Source: Tubulanus polymorphus (taxonomy: Eukaryota > Animalia > Nemertea). Taken from it: 64,000 bases of DNA. Shown piece after piece: positions 25,876 to 41,200 of the stretch; positions within the stretch are counted from its first letter, which is position 1, and each line of letters starts with the position of its first letter. The position numbers and the translations under genes are program-made. The DNA is taken from positions 1,054,001-1,118,000 of the forward strand of contig NC_134031.1 in the NCBI RefSeq assembly GCF_964204645.1. Reading direction: 5' to 3'. A model generated the notes under the pieces. It worked only from the letters and a program-made list of their open reading frames with translations, was not told the origin of the DNA and did no database searches.

Positions 25876-28800
25876 TTATATCGCTTCCATAGCTTTTTGT
25901 TGTTTTTTTTAAATCTTAAGATAATTAGTGTCCCTGTTATCTATTTGATCGGTAGATTCGGTCGATCTGTTTAGTTATAATGCCCTTTACAAACGCACCG
26001 CACCTGCCAGGAGTAAAACAGGGGGTTTGATGGGCGGCAATTAAAGTACAGATACAGTTGTGTGATCATCGGTCGAATTTACAACATTTTTAGTTTTACT
26101 TGGGAAATTCGGTTCCGGTTCATCCAAACAATCTTCCAACCAGTCTGAACCGGTAAGCGACGGCTTCCATCGTTTGAAATGCCACGCCCGTTGAATTTCA
26201 GAGAACAAATTTGTCCAATCGAATGCAAATTCAATGGAAATATCATTCTATATATCACTACCACGTTTTTCATAGTTCCCAACAGTGGATTTTTATAACG
26301 ATCTTCGCTGTATTATGTTTTAGCTGCTCTTTTGTATGTTGACTGATTGGAAAATGAAAAACTTCCATCAAATCATAACATGCTTATTTTTGAATGCAGT
26401 GACATTCAAAGTTCCGCCTGTTTTATATAGAAAACTGCTTCATTTGTATTGTGTATTTATGAGCGAAGAAGCTTTAGGTCGTCCTTTAAAACGCGCCGAT
26501 CCGGGTGAAACTCAAACTGTTGGAACAGAATCCCAAACATTCATCTACATATAAAGGATTTAATCTAAAAACTGGGAATATCCAAAATAAAATCCTCTTA
26601 ATTCAGATTTTTACTGAATTCCGAAGAGAACCTTTAACCTAGTTTTTAACCTAGTTAAACTTTTAACCTAGTATAACCTTGACCGCTACCAGTGTCATGT
26701 GGTTTCGTAGGTAATTCCCGAATATGATTAGAAATTCTATTGTGATTGAAAACACTTCTGTCTGTAACATCACGGAAATATTTTATCGCTATTACATATA
26801 TACATGTACAAGTACATTTGGCTTTCGCAGATATATTGAATGAATTTGCGCGGTGATATCGGTAATCGAAATAGACACGATTATTAAACACCTGGATCGC
26901 GTATAAAATCGAAACGTTTTTCACACATCCTAACGACCGCGAAATAACGAGTAGGACGCGAAAACCTATGCGCCATCTCGTGGTAAAATCGAGAAATTCT
27001 GATTTCGATATCAGATCGTTCGATTAAGTAACACGACAATGTTCATCTTGAAAACGCCTCTAGTGAAAGTAGTCAACCGATTTTGAGGCCTGCATTACTT
27101 CCTTTTCAAGACAAATTATATAATATAAGAGACTGTTAAGGTGTTGCTGTACAAAGTTTTGACAATTTCATCCTACCTAAAAATAGGCGCGAATGATCGC
27201 AAAGTCAACTGTAATCAATATAGCTACTTGCAAAAATTGAGGGTTATTTAGAACAGGTATTTTGGCTCTAATAAAAAGAGCCCATTTTGAAGCATGGATA
27301 TTATAAGGATGAACATCGTTGTGTTTGTTTTTGTTTATAACTGTTCGCAGGCACCAAAATACTTTCCCGAAAACATTGATGAACGCAGATAAATGAAAAA
27401 TAAAGCTCTTCTACAGGAGACGAGACTCTGATATGATGATGAAACTGAGAAATACGAATCACATGACAATAATCACATGAATCGGTTACTTCGTTTTGAT
27501 GAGTATATCTATTTTTAGATGGCGCACTGTTGAGATAAAGTTGCACTGCATACCTAATCGAAATTAGGCAGGTTTAGATTGGTCGTCTTAACCGATTCCG
27601 TAATTCTTTTCTGGTGCATTCGTTTCAACCAGAATACCCCCCCCTTCTCGAATTAGATTCAGTAAACCTGATAGAAGCGGCCGGTAGAGAGTTTGTCATC
27701 GGGAATCTTTCAATCGAAACCTGCTTTACATTGGCTTCTTTCGTCTTGCTTGGGGGATTTCTCCAGTAAGGGTGGATGAAAATTTTGAAAAAAACCTAGA
27801 CCGACATTTTCATTTACATATATCGTACTAGAATACAAAATATTGTTATGTTTAAAGAACATTTACTCTTCATAACCCCTTTGATGTCCGATCTATCCCT
27901 AATCTTAGACTGGGATGGACTGGCCTATCTACCCCAGTGGTTATTTTTGTTAGTTCAGTGGCTAGAATAATGTTTCAATAACAAATCTAAGAAAATGAAT
28001 CCCCGCCTGGAGTATGATACGTATAAACTGGATAGATCGAAAGCGTAGGTTGACTAATTGCGCAGGCTCAGTACCGTGTGTGTGTGTGTGTGTGTCACTA
28101 TCCGACTAGCTTCATCATAGATTCTTGGAAAACCGACGACGCCATGCATTCAACAGCGTTAACGACGACGACACGACAGCCTACATCTACATACAGTCAA
28201 AAGTGGAAGCGGATAAACCGAACACGAAAACATGAATAATTTGCCTATCTTGTTTCCCTAAAGGGAATGAATTCTGACTGAAACGAATGCTGATTTTAAC
28301 TACACATTATTCATACATATAAACATTCCGTTCATAGAGGGTCTTACAATGTATCCCTGTGTGATAGTTAGTGACGCCCACGTTCACTGTTTGAACCTTA
28401 AAACGATCTCTCACTTCATCAGTCGTCGTTAATTCAGCCAATCCTCTCTCTCTCTCTACAAGGATTCTTCTTTAACGTGATCAAGTCAACCGTACTTCAA
28501 TATTCGAAGTTCAGAGCATTCATCAAACGAACTATAATTGGATTCTCTTTAAGATCTGTTACTTAAGTCGAAGGTAGTTGCAAAAGCAGTTAGACTTTGA
28601 TTCTCTGCTCAGTATTACAGTTACCAATGATAGAAGGTCTAATGGAAAGCTACAATTTTCGGTCATATTATTCAACTTCCTGTTTTTAGTAGGAAAAAGC
28701 CTTTGAAAGTTATTACGTGTCTGGTTCGTTCGTCAAGGACAGAATTTTGCTCGCTGTACTTCACTTCACACTGCTTCATCCGTCACGAAGAGCAAATATT

Positions 28801-30305
28801 GAAAATGTCAAAAACTGTTCTCACGCCATTCAGGATTAGATCCCTAAGTACCCAAACGTTATTACTTTTTACATAGGACCAATGTTTATGCGCATAAACA
28901 CTTGAAGACTCAATATTTTTACCAGTTTCTGCCATCCAGCGATTTCTGCCACGAGGGTGGCATGAACATCGTATAAACCTCAATAGGTTTCTTACCACGT
29001 CCCTCCATCTTGAATTTTTATATTTGTATTACTATTGTAAAATTATCATAATTCAGAATGATAAAAATTAAATCACCATAGAGGTTGCTAACACGGCGCA
29101 ACAGTGCGTCACATCGGACGTTAAGAGCAAGCGGCTACCTGAAGTAGAAAGTCACAGTTGAGGCCAATATGATGCACGTGAAGAACATGTGACCTCGATG
29201 AAGAATCTCATTGTTAATAACCATTCTATGATTGAAAATATACATTTACGTATCGTCAACACATTGTATTCTGTAGTATCTGGTATCATAAACAAAATAT
29301 GCATCATCGCATAAAACGTTAGACGACAATTTGGGTGGGTTTGATGTATTTATGATGTAATCGATGGTTGAACACGATGCTGTCGTCCTCGTCACGAACA
29401 TCACCGTACCACTGACTGTACAAATATGCCTGGATGATTTAGAATCGATTAAGACTTTAAAGTCAATATCAAACCAACGTCGTGTTGAATAACCACCGAT
29501 ATACGGGTAATCGTGGTACTTACTGAGTCTCCACTAAAATCAAGATGGATCGTCGTCTGTGTCGCCTATAAACGTCACGTATCATCATAATCTGAGCTTT
29601 GAAAATTGCTCATCCACAGTAATCTAATCACTATCGTCATCCGTTTTAGAAAAATAGCCGAGGGTTTTGCACGGAATGATTCTGTAAAAGGGAAAGTTCC
29701 ATGCAGACAAGACAAGGGTCTGGAAAACTTTGAAAGGCAGGACATTTAAGAGAATATAAGCTAAATCTTGTGCTACAGACTGCCATTTTATTAGTTGCTC
29801 CTTGCGCTTCGGGATCCGCCCATGTGCGAGACGTTTCTAATTCTCAACCCCTTCTACTTGTAAAGTTATAGTAAAACTAAATTGTGCTTCAAATCGATCG
29901 TAATGATTTACTACAACGATCTTGAATGATGAATGAAAGTGAAAACAATGTTGCTACGTGTAGAAATGAGTGTATTGAATTTGATATTCGATGGATATCA
30001 AGGCAGCACAAAACAGTAAAGATCCCGCGATTAGAATGGTCACTGCAACATCTGTTCTAGTGAATTGTCGCTTAATCTGTAGAAAAATCTTGCATGATCA
30101 GTGAAATACGACTTGGAAATTTTTGTTGTTTGTCGTTTTAATTTCTTCGTAATATCATAATTAAGTCGAGTCATAATGAATAGTAGTAGGCTTTACGCGT
30201 ATGTAACTAGGTACAACAGCAGCAGCAGCCGCGCCATCAGTTCCCTGTTGCCATTCGTCTTCTTCCTCCACCAAGTGCACAAACAATAGAGATGTAACGG
30301 GGACA

Positions 30306-30319
30306 GTCGCCATGGCAAC
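30306..30319. promoter_or_regulatory. RFX X-box-like motif GTCGCCATGGCAAC
   Basis: One mismatch from the palindromic X-box GTTGCCATGGCAAC; motif match only. Confidence 0.4.
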
Positions 30320-32597
30320 AAGAGGACGGGTGATGATGATGATGTCTGGAGTGTGTGTGTGTGGGATCCCAACGCGCTGTCGCTGAACACTACATAGTAA
30401 ATAACAACAACTAATCGCACCGACCCAAAATCCCGAAATTCGAATCAACAGTTCTACGTCAAGCATACAATATGCTAATCATGCTAATTGATATATTAAG
30501 ACGTGCACCAAACCGAGGTGGCATATTCTAATGTACTACGTAACAAGTGCTGGGGTAGGGTATGGTTCGGATAGAAAATGTAGTGACGACCTACAGGCCT
30601 ATATACAGCCGTTTTAAAAACCGACCGATTTTAAACAAATGTCTCGTACTTTAACACGATAGATATTCGATACAACTTATGATAATGATATATAGAAGTA
30701 TAGAAAGTCTAGATGAATATGGTTGCAGTAAACAGCGATTACGTGTAAGCATAGATAGAGTTCGTTATTTAAGTCGTTCCCACGAGACATTTCGCAAATG
30801 CGATTCAACGCCTTAGAGACAATGTTGCCATAGCATAATTGCCGTTTTAATATTCGACAACCGACTGTTTTTGTGAACAGTTCTGCGTAGACCGCATCCA
30901 TGATGGTCGTCGACTCATAAATAAAATGCTGCGGAGGAAATCGAACGAGAAATTTATAATGTATCGTTAATGTAAGTCTCTATTTTCTATTTATAATCTC
31001 CATCCTCGAATCTTCGGGGATCAAAACCAGACTTAGACTTTTTCTAAAACATTCGATGCACATTTTATCTATAGTTTTCATCCGAATGCGCATTGCATCT
31101 CCTTGTGAATAAGCTGCTGTAGTGGCCATTTTGGAATGGATATTTTAGAAGGAAGATTGCTACAGGAAAACGAAAATATAACGGTTCGGGTTACTAGTCA
31201 AATTACTCTTGCAAAAAGATTCCGAGTGCTTAAAGTAGATTATATTTTGATTCTACTTTTTGTTTTATCTTGTGTTTCGCCGTTCAGATTCGGATAGTCA
31301 TTTAACTTCACATTTTCGAACTCATTGTAAAAAAAATGAAAAAGCATGAGTTGAATAGAGCGTTTCAGTTCGTTGCGCGTTTTACGGAAACCGCTAGCCG
31401 GATTTGTTTTTACGAAGCTCGCGTCATCAACAATGCATAGTAATGAACTCTGTTGACGGTAATACAAATAAATAGTCGTTGGTTTATGTCGAACGTTGCA
31501 TTTTTACGTTGCATTCCTTGCATGACGCCAGCTGGCGGGCAATGTAACTGAAAGCGGTCTATTGATTGTGCGTACAAATTATATGTATACAACTGCACTG
31601 CATTTATCCACAAATGTTAGATTATGGGTGGATTGATACAGCACCGGAGCAGATAAACAAAATCCAACCGAAATCGAATAAGTGATAATATTTTCATGCG
31701 GAATCGTTTTCAATTTTCTGAATCGTCGTCGCGTGGATCGAGTTTTATCGGTAACATCTCTCATGGAACTCTATCAGCGACGATAATGATAAATGATCCC
31801 GAAGTTTAGGGCAGATTCGATCTGGAAACAGCAGCAACATCGTGGCGTCTTCTAACTGTAAATATTACTGAAACAACCAACGCAGAAGACGAACGAAAGA
31901 ACCGTTAAATCTCGGGAAAATCTGACAACATGAATAATGGATCCGTAAACCGACGGTTCGTAATAACGTTTTCGTCAATATTTTTCAATCATCAATTTTC
32001 GACAATCTGCGAGATCATGATTTGCTTTCAGTACAATTTCATATCAGAAAAAAAGAAACTACGAGGTGAATTTGAACGCATCGTGATTTACACGGGCGTT
32101 TCAAATTTTATATTCTGAACAGCTTTTCTTCTAGTTTAGATTATTACGCACGAATTGAAAAAAAGCTTTTTTCACTTAAGTAATTTTCTTGAAGCGTCTA
32201 AACAAATTGATCGTTTCACTCGGAAAAATATTTTCCGACGAAAAAGACTTCGTATTTATTAGTTCTATTTCCAATTAAATCGTAGAGTTTTTCAATGAAA
32301 TGAAACTCGTAAGTTAACATCTCTTTGAATTGACGTCATTGTTCACACATGATGTATCACTCCTTCGGATCGGTTTACATCGAAAACGTCATTGATTCTT
32401 GATCAAATTTCATTATGAAATTAACACTTATATTGTACAATATTTTGTACAGTTGGGCTGTGTTCGGTCACGGTCACTTCTAGTAGCCGAAACGCACCTC
32501 TCTTTTTGCGCATGCGTTAATAGAGTAGATTGAATTCTTATTTTAAGACCAGATCCCAGTTCTATTGTTTTAGAGAACTTTGAGTCGAACTGAGTCC

Positions 32598-32785
32598 TGG
32601 ACTGTGGAACTGGGTTCAGAACTGTGGAACTGTGTCCTGTAGTGTGGAACCGGGTTCAGAACTGTGGAACTGGGTCCTGTAGTGTGGAACTGGGTCCAGA
32701 ACTGTGCCTGGAACTGGGTTCTGAACAGTGGAGCTGGGTCCACAACTGTGGAACTGGGTACTGAAATGTGGAACTGGGTTCTGTA
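32598..32785. repeat. Tandem ~19-20 bp repeat (ACTGTGGAACTGGGT), related to MITE termini
   Basis: About 9 copies; the same motif occurs at ~415-500 (reverse) and ~57190-57280. Confidence 0.88.
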
Positions 32786-33390
32786 GTAGTTCTGGTTTCC
32801 TACGTGTGCTAATGATCCAAAGAATTGAATAATTAGTTGGTAAAATCCGTATGAAACATCCGGACACGAATCCTACAATCCTGGGTAAAAATGTTACTCG
32901 GAGATCAATATTTGAATTCAAACTCTAACCGCCAACTAACGAACAGGGTGCTGGAAATGGAATATCGTTGTTTCATTTCATCCGTCCTGGGATAAAAATA
33001 AAACCACAGACAGCGCGCAAAAAGTGAGACTCTCTATTACTAAAAAGCTACCGCTGAATCAGAAATGACGCTAACATATACTTATAGAATACATATTACA
33101 TTACATATAGACGTATGCTTGAATATGCATTGGTTTATTACATTTTAGTATAGAATGGCGACGTCACTCGTATGTTGTATACGACGAGTCTCATCCGTTA
33201 CATTTATGGTTTCATCGATACGGCTATATATAGCGAATAAATCAATAATTAGCAGGCTCCGGCTGCTACTGGCGGTGCTGCAACAACAGCACCACTGTAT
33301 GTGCGTGTGTATACTGTTACTGTTACTGTCGTTGGTTTTTATATCGGTTTATGACGATAGTGTGCATTATATACTAATCGTCAACATAAT

Positions 33391-33800
33391 GAGCTACGAG
33401 CCATTTTCAGCGTTGTAGCGCTTATATTTTACAATGATTTCTAAAGTACGAATAACATTGATCGGTTTTTTGATGAGCATCTGGAAGGCTCGTCGATTTG
33501 ACGCCATTTTCCTCGATACGATTTGCTACCGGTTTATGTGTAAAAATGAAGGCCCGCGTGTAAAACGCAAAATGAATTTCTTTATTAAAAATCAGAAGTT
33601 GTTTGTGAAAAAAAATCGACCGCAGCTCCCGAAACCTAACCCATACCCTTGCCTCGAACCTGGGGCAATTGGCTTTGAAACCCTGAGCTAGACCACTAGA
33701 CCACTGAGCGCTAGTAACAAATACTCCCAACTGTCAAATATTGACAGAGTTTGAAAGTTTGTCTGGTCAGTGCGGTGGCCAGTCAATCTTGGTGATTCTT
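33391..33800 (-). mobile_element. Interspersed repeat carrying a tRNA-like Pol III module
   Basis: Minus-strand TGGTCTAGTGG (A box) and GGTTCGA (B box); shares AACCTAACCC and AAGTTTGTCTGGT.AGTGC with the copy at ~41040-41200. Confidence 0.55.
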
Positions 33801-36034
33801 TGCACTATTATTCTATGATTACAGTATAAGGAATATTTTGTTTTGCAATCTCATAATGAACTACAATATAACATGAGATTGCCAGAGACCCAAAAAATCC
33901 ATTGACAATCGACTCGGATCGTGTTGTGTAGTGACTGGTTTTCAATAATTCTTTACAAATATACCTTATCATTCTCGGACCACACAAAGTTTCTCATCCA
34001 TATTCTGAAAAAGATAGGACGCAACTTATTTTAGGTCATTATTACCACTGTCAAGGGAATAAAATACCAACACGAGAACGCGATATTAAATGATGAAAAT
34101 GCGCTTGTCTCGCTAATGGAAATAGATTTTCAGGTTATCTGACCTACTTATAGATTTGATAATCAATACACGTTGATTTCATGTAAAAGATCGAAACGAA
34201 TTTTATCGTATAAACCAAAACTGTATCGATCTTGGTTCGTTGGTCTAAGGTGTGTCGAAATCAAGAACGAATCGAGAATATTTTTTTCTCTCTTTTCTAG
34301 GGCTGCTTTCTTGTATAAGCTAACTGTTGCTTCAAAACAGTCCTTCATTTAATATGATTACATTTTTAATGTATTTTCTTAATTCATTAATTTTGTAAAA
34401 ATGTTACTTGACAATAAATCATATCATATCAACGACCTTTTCGAACAAAAGATCTCCAAAAGCGTTTGAAAATGTCCATAAGTTTATTTTCATTTGTTGT
34501 ATATTTTCTATTGCTTTCTACAACTTGCAGTTCGAGATAAAAACCTATTTTGAATGCTTGTTTATTCTTTGTACTTAAACTTGAAAAAGATATTTTTTGC
34601 AAATACAGAGAATACTGGATGATAGCGAATATTGAGAGATAGATATAGGCAGGATTTGTATGATGATCAGTACCGGTGTTTGACCTTTGACCACTAACTC
34701 TCACATAGCTGAGTGAATTAATGATAGTCCGTTTCACTATGATTATTATGTTTCCACATCGGCTTCATCAATACTTCACCAGTAACTCGATGTTTGGTTT
34801 GTGACATGGCCGCCGCCGCTGCTACTGTTGTGGCTATACGGCTATCAATTGGAATATTTCATAAGTCTATCGTACATCAATAGGTTATTATAATAATAGC
34901 TTCGAGTCATCACAAAATCCGGAGACATTAGTCGAATTTCGAAATATAAGCCCAAAACAACAAACCGCGTAAAACAACAAGACACCTATACAATTAGATA
35001 GATTATAATCTTTTCGTCGTTTGAATTAACGGTTTCCGGTTTAGAATTCATGAAATTACCAGACGAGATTTTCAATGGTTTTGTATTACCCTTGGTTGTC
35101 TCGTAGTAGTTGGTTTTTTTTTCGTGCTATGCAAAAAATACGCGTTTCCGCGTAGCAGGAAAACCGGAGAGGATGAAAAGCTATAAGTTGAAATCAGTTG
35201 TTTTATCATTTCATACTTGGCATATTCGATTTGTTGTAATTACGTTTAGAATGTAATATTTCAACATTTTCATTCGGCATAAATGATGCCTCCAAATAGG
35301 TATATATCAAATATATACCAGCTTTTATATAACTAATGAGACAACTTGAACTAAGAAATATATCTAATTTCATTCGGCCGGGGCTCACATCTTAGAGTAC
35401 GAGCTACTTTCTGTGTGACGTTGAGGGAGAATTCTCCGTTAATAAAAGCGAATCTAATATCGTGTATAATTGCGATGAACGCTAGCTACATGTTCGTACG
35501 GGTCCAGTGTTTATATAACCAGACTCTGATGTGACGATGATCATTTTGCTCAATTTGCGCCAACGACATAAATTCACAGTGCAATACCAGCAGCATCAGC
35601 AGCAGCAGCAGCAGCCGCAACACCATCATCGTGTGTCAATATTGAGTTTGTTTTGTCAGTAAAGCTCGTTCTCGTCGCTGTAGCTAATAATTCATTAATT
35701 AATAAGGCGTTGTTTGCACCGACCTGTCTCCGATATCTATATTTATATGTATATATACATGTAGGCTATACCGTATTGCCATACACATGCGCCGCTACTA
35801 GCACACCTCTTGCTGTTGATTGATTCTCTCAGTTACAGGCTGGCTCGGGCTGGCTGGTCGCGCCTGTCGTTCGTTCTCACTGCTTTCGACCCTCAATTTA
35901 GTCGGTATTTTCATCGTCACGGCGGATCAGAATTCGGACTCTGATATATATATCGCGCGCGTTAAATCGATCGAAACGCCGAAACCTCTAAATTTTTCAA
36001 CGTCGTTGTCGTCGTCGAGTAAAGCAATACCGCG

Positions 36035-36180
36035 ACCGGCTCTGATTGGCGGGGTCTGAACGCTGAAATAAAAGCGCGTATGACTAGTGCGCATGAATAA
36101 TGTAACCGAACCAACGCGGCCAGCATTTACAACGAGCACAGAGAGAGAGCGAGAGATGACGAGCTGTTACCGGCAACGAC
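36035..36180 (+). promoter_or_regulatory. Candidate proximal promoter for a short N-terminal isoform
   Basis: Reverse CCAAT (GATTGG) abutting a GC-box-like GGCGGGG at ~36044-36054, an X-box-like GTTACCGGCAAC at 36166-36177 and CpG-rich context, about 500 bp before the ATGs at 36596/36614. Confidence 0.3.
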
Positions 36181-36612
36181 TAGTATGACTGAGATATCCA
36201 CGGGCCGCCACCATCAAAGCAGCAAACAAACGTTTATGCATTTACTATACGCGATATGTCATCTGGACATATAGGAATTGCCATTATATCATATACACAT
36301 ACGCATATATCTATTTAGCAGTTTAGTTGGCTGGATTTAGCTATAACTACGGGCATGATTCGGATTTATATGTACTCAGCTGTTTTAGAATTAGAACTTG
36401 TAATGATTGCGAGGGAATAATTACTATAAACTCGATTCAAACCGCGATATTTTTGTGACGGTTCATAGAGACATGTATCGTAGAGATATCTATTCAGAAG
36501 TGTCGCAGATTTCGTGGTGATGCGACTCGAAAACTCGTCGTGTTGTTGTTAGATTTTCTGGTGTGTAAATATCGTATTAAAACTAACCGATCAAAATGGA
36601 TTCTTTTGCTAG

Positions 36613-36804
36613 GATGGCAAACCTGACGGCGGACGGGCATGCCGGGGACGGTAGCAACATGCAAGACAACTCCCTCCGCTCTGTGGCGAAAAAGAACGCT
36701 ACCCTAAGTCTTCCAGGGCTCGGTGTCAACGGTAATCGCTCCCTGTTCATCTTTAGTGAAGAAAATTGCGTCAGGAAGTATGCCAAGATCATCATCGAAT
36801 GGGG
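36613..36804 (+). CDS. cac: Cav2 exon: MANLTADG...NRSLFIFSEENCVRKYAKIIIEWG (N-terminus to IS1)
   Basis: Branch-like ACTAAC and acceptor ttttgctag at 36612; conserved SLFIFSEEN..RKYAKIIIEW; ends at U12 donor ATATCCTTT. Confidence 0.95.
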
Positions 36805-39001
36805 ATATCCTTTTACGTACTAAAAATAACACATTTGTTTCTATAATGTTTAACGAAATCAGTTCATTAATCACCTTTTACATCCATATTTGGATTTACA
36901 TTTTGAAAAACATTGAGACTGGAAATGATTATAATGAGCTCTGGATCGAGGCCGTGCAGTGTCAACAAATTTGATTTAGTCACTAAAAATGAACTGATTT
37001 TTTACTGTATATTCATAAGTATATATATTCAAATCAACATCTGTTGAACTGGGCTTGTTTGAATGTTAATGTATATTTTTTTCAGATGTAAATTGATATG
37101 TAGGGTTCCGTCGTTCTTCTGTCGTATTTTGTATCATTACGAACCGGCCATGATGATGAATATAGCAGCTGGAAGGCCAGCAATCGTGTATGCTCCGTGT
37201 AACAAAAACTACCGCGACACACAAAAAAAAATCTATCCAATTTAGATAAACATTATTATGAAGTGTAGTTGGCTCAACTAATTACGTGCCTTTGAAAATT
37301 AGTTGTTCCGGTACTATAGTTCGTCATATGAAAAGCCATCCATTTTCTAGTTAGAATCGTTAGAACTGAAGAACGCTATACTTAGATGTCAATATCGGTT
37401 AGGGTATTCAAGGCGTGTCTGCAAGTATTATTATTGGATTGAACGTTTTTGCGACGAGATTTCGTTCTTCTATCAGGAATAGAAGCGATCAAATAAGAGA
37501 TTTCCATCACCAAAATACAAAGCGACAAAATTGAAAAGATCTAAATTCTCTCTCGAGTGGTGGGATTGAGAACATTACAACGCTGTATCGCAAAAATCTA
37601 AATACGTTTAGTTTCTGATCGATTTTGGATGTTTTATGCGTTCAAAATGTCCAGATGTCGGTCTAGCACCAAGCACGTACATACGCGCATGCATTTAACT
37701 GAATTAAGATTTTCCACTGTTTAAAGCGCATGTGTTTATATGCTACACAATATATTAGTTTGCCATATTGCTGTAATATTGATGCAGATATCATGATTAT
37801 GTAGCTATTGCTTGTAGACGCGATCATCAATCCCCCGTATAGCTGATATCTGCCTTATCGAAGATCAATCACTGATTGGATGAAATAGTAGACATAATTC
37901 TGCCCGCGGTTGCCATGTTGTCCGGCTAGGAGAAAGACGTACTTGCAATTTGTTCCGTTGTACGAGAAGTCATTTTGCTCATCTGAAAAAAATGTGGCAA
38001 CCGTTGTCGCATTAGGGACTCTGTTGGCGATGATAAATGGTACCGAAGGGATCGGTCGGTTGTCTATCATATTGTCAAATTTCGTCTGATATTAATAAGA
38101 GACTTTCGACGATTTATGATGACGTATCGTGGTTATTAACACCTGTATCTACCCCCTAATGAGACATATTCATCACGCCTTCACGCGGTACAATCTTCAA
38201 AATCTCCGATAACCAATAATATCTGTTCTCGTGGTGTAGCTATACTATACCGAAACAGGGAGTCCATTTATTACAGTATGAGACCTCAATTCATGCGATA
38301 TTTTGCGTGAATCTTGGAGTGAATACCTCCTTAGGGGCTTCGGCCACACAAAGTGCACAACCATCGGCTTGCCGAGGTCCTTCGTTACGTCAAAATCAAA
38401 AGAATATTGTATATATTACTGATATCATCAAAAATATATCCACTATTTTGATATCCAAAAATCGTGGACGTCAACTGAATATATTCGATATTGCATCGAG
38501 TTCTTTGCCTCAAGTTGAATCATGAAAAAAATCACCAGACTATGAAATTTATTGGATTTGAATTTTGTTTACCACGCTTTGCGCAATTCTTCTAATCACT
38601 ATTGAACTGATATAAAATCGATTGTTCAGCCCGCATCCACATTTTCCGCATTTTTTTGAGCCAAGTCGAGACCTTAATGAGGCATTTAATCCAGAATTTA
38701 AGCGAAATATCACAGGAAAACAAATCTCATTAGTTATTAATTGAAGAACTATAGTCCTTCTTTAGGACTACACCCATCGTGAAAGACGATCATAAAAAGT
38801 GAATCTCAGTTGATTGAATTTTAGTCACTGTTTCCGTATTTGATCCGTGTATCATTCATCATTACGAATAAGAACAAGAAAAAAACTAATTCCACAACTG
38901 TGAAAAACCATAATCATAATCACGTAGTCATTCCGGGATAAGTCTGAATGTCTCTGTGTTGATGAATTGAAAACTCAAGGAATACATAAAGATAGGATAT
39001 C

Positions 39002-39218
<217 letters not shown>

Positions 39219-41039
39219 GCATGCCATAAATGATGAATAAATATGTATTGGGAGGGATGCACCTGTGTCGTTTGGCGGTTTCAAACGAATGTTCTATTTA
39301 CGACAGCTGCGACACATAAAGTATTCGATTATGAACCTACACCCATTTCAGATTATCGTAGTTGTCGTGATCAGCCGCCATATATTGATACGATGTGCTG
39401 ATTTATTTAACTTCTCTGCCAAACATGTTACAATTGTAAACCGCGCTTATGTAATATGTAAATATTTCATTGGGAAAAATACATGACGTTGTAACGTTTT
39501 AGTAACGACTAAATCATATTGCCCATTGGAGATGAGTTAGACATGCGAACATCGAATGAGGAACCTCCAACCCTCTGTGGACAATCGAAGATTCCACCGA
39601 TAGCAGGCGAGGATCCACCAGATTCGCTAGTAGTTACTCGAATTTCCGCAATTTCGTCTGCATTTCAGTTAAAACTGAATGAACTTTTTCCTAAATAAAT
39701 GAATTATTGATGAAAACTGCGCCAGTCGCTTGGTAGAAAAAATAATTAAACGTATATTTGGTGGGACGTGCGATAATGTATTTACTCGGGAGCCTATAGA
39801 TTCAGTTTAAAGTTCATTGAAAATCAAATTTGACTATGTAAGAGTACGTGTAAGACTGAGTGCTCGTCACGCCATCTGGTGGAATAGCTGGTTTTTTGGC
39901 TCCTCATTGGCTTGTGGTGATAATGGATGACTGCACACTCTACGGGGAACAGGCTGGGTTCGAATCCCGACAGATAGCCGGCAGTTCCCCGTTGAGTTAA
40001 ACATCTCAAATCGGCGATTGCGTGCATCTATTCCACGGTGTAATCATTTGCATTCCCGATTGGCCCCCGAGAGATCAGTGTCAATATTAGTGATATTTCA
40101 ACTATGATATATCAAAAGTTGAACACGTGCGTATATAACCGTTCAATGCCTTGAGCTGTAGTAGGGATGGATCAAAATCGATATTAAACTTCGACATTTC
40201 TATCACGGATATTTGTCCATTTTTGTCCGTGTATAAATGCTGATAATTCCGGGCTGTTGAATTGGCTTTCATTTTCATTTCGTTCGCAATAGAACGAACG
40301 GTTATATGGTCGTCAAGGATTTCGCTGTCGGTTGCCAGGGTGTTCAAACGTCGATGTGACACTTTAATAAACAACATCGCGCTACTGACGATCGCTGCAG
40401 AGTATTGAACTGTAAATTCAATCAGATTCTTATAATTAAACCGTTCAATTCGATTCTTCAATTTCTATTCACATTTTCTGCGACGCAAGAAATTCCCCGA
40501 ATCCTAATTATATTTAGTTTCGCAGTTGGAAGTAATCAACAATCTTCTGCATAAAGGCTGCATTTCTGAAAATCAGCAACTAATCGGAATTACATAATTG
40601 GAATTAATCAACGATCATTCTACCGTAACGCAAAAGATTGCATACGACTCCAAGGTGATTGTGGCTCCGTGGCCTTAATGTTCATCTCCAACCATTATAT
40701 GGATAAAATCCATTCTCATCTAACATCCAGCTTCCATGGTAACCCTATCCCACTCAATTATACTGAGGAGCAACTCGTGTTATTGACATATTATAGCCAG
40801 CCACTCGCAGGAATGATGCTTCAATAGTCCGATATGATGGTGAAGTTTAAGTGCCGCCGACATGTCACCTTTTCCGTCGATTTCATTAATGAAAAAACTA
40901 CGTCAAATATCAATGTGTACAATAAACTTATCAAAATTTGAGAGAAAGTGATTATACAAATTGTACTCAAAGGCAGTTTTCGATAGCATCAAGGGAAAAA
41001 GGGAAAAAATTTCACCAAAATTACGTCTCCTATGCGAGA

Positions 41040-41200
41040 TGCGTGCGAAAAATGTACCCAAATCTAAACCTAACCCTAGCACGACTCGAACCTGCGGACT
41101 CTGGCATGCCAGCAGAATGTACTAACCACTAGACCACGGAAATGCGGTGATAAGCTTCGTTTGTAAGTTTGTCTGGTTAGTGCCAGTGACCATTTTAACT
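41040..41200 (-). mobile_element. Second copy of the tRNA-like-module repeat
   Basis: Minus-strand CCGTGGTCTAGTGGTTAG...GGTTCGAGTC; same flanks as 33391-33800. Confidence 0.55.

Noticed and set aside
41074-41142. Possible tRNA gene on the minus strand (also ~33640-33712, ~39900-39975, ~53730-53800)
   Set aside because: A and B boxes are present but the acceptor stems do not pair, and flanks are shared between copies; treated as tRNA-derived repeats.
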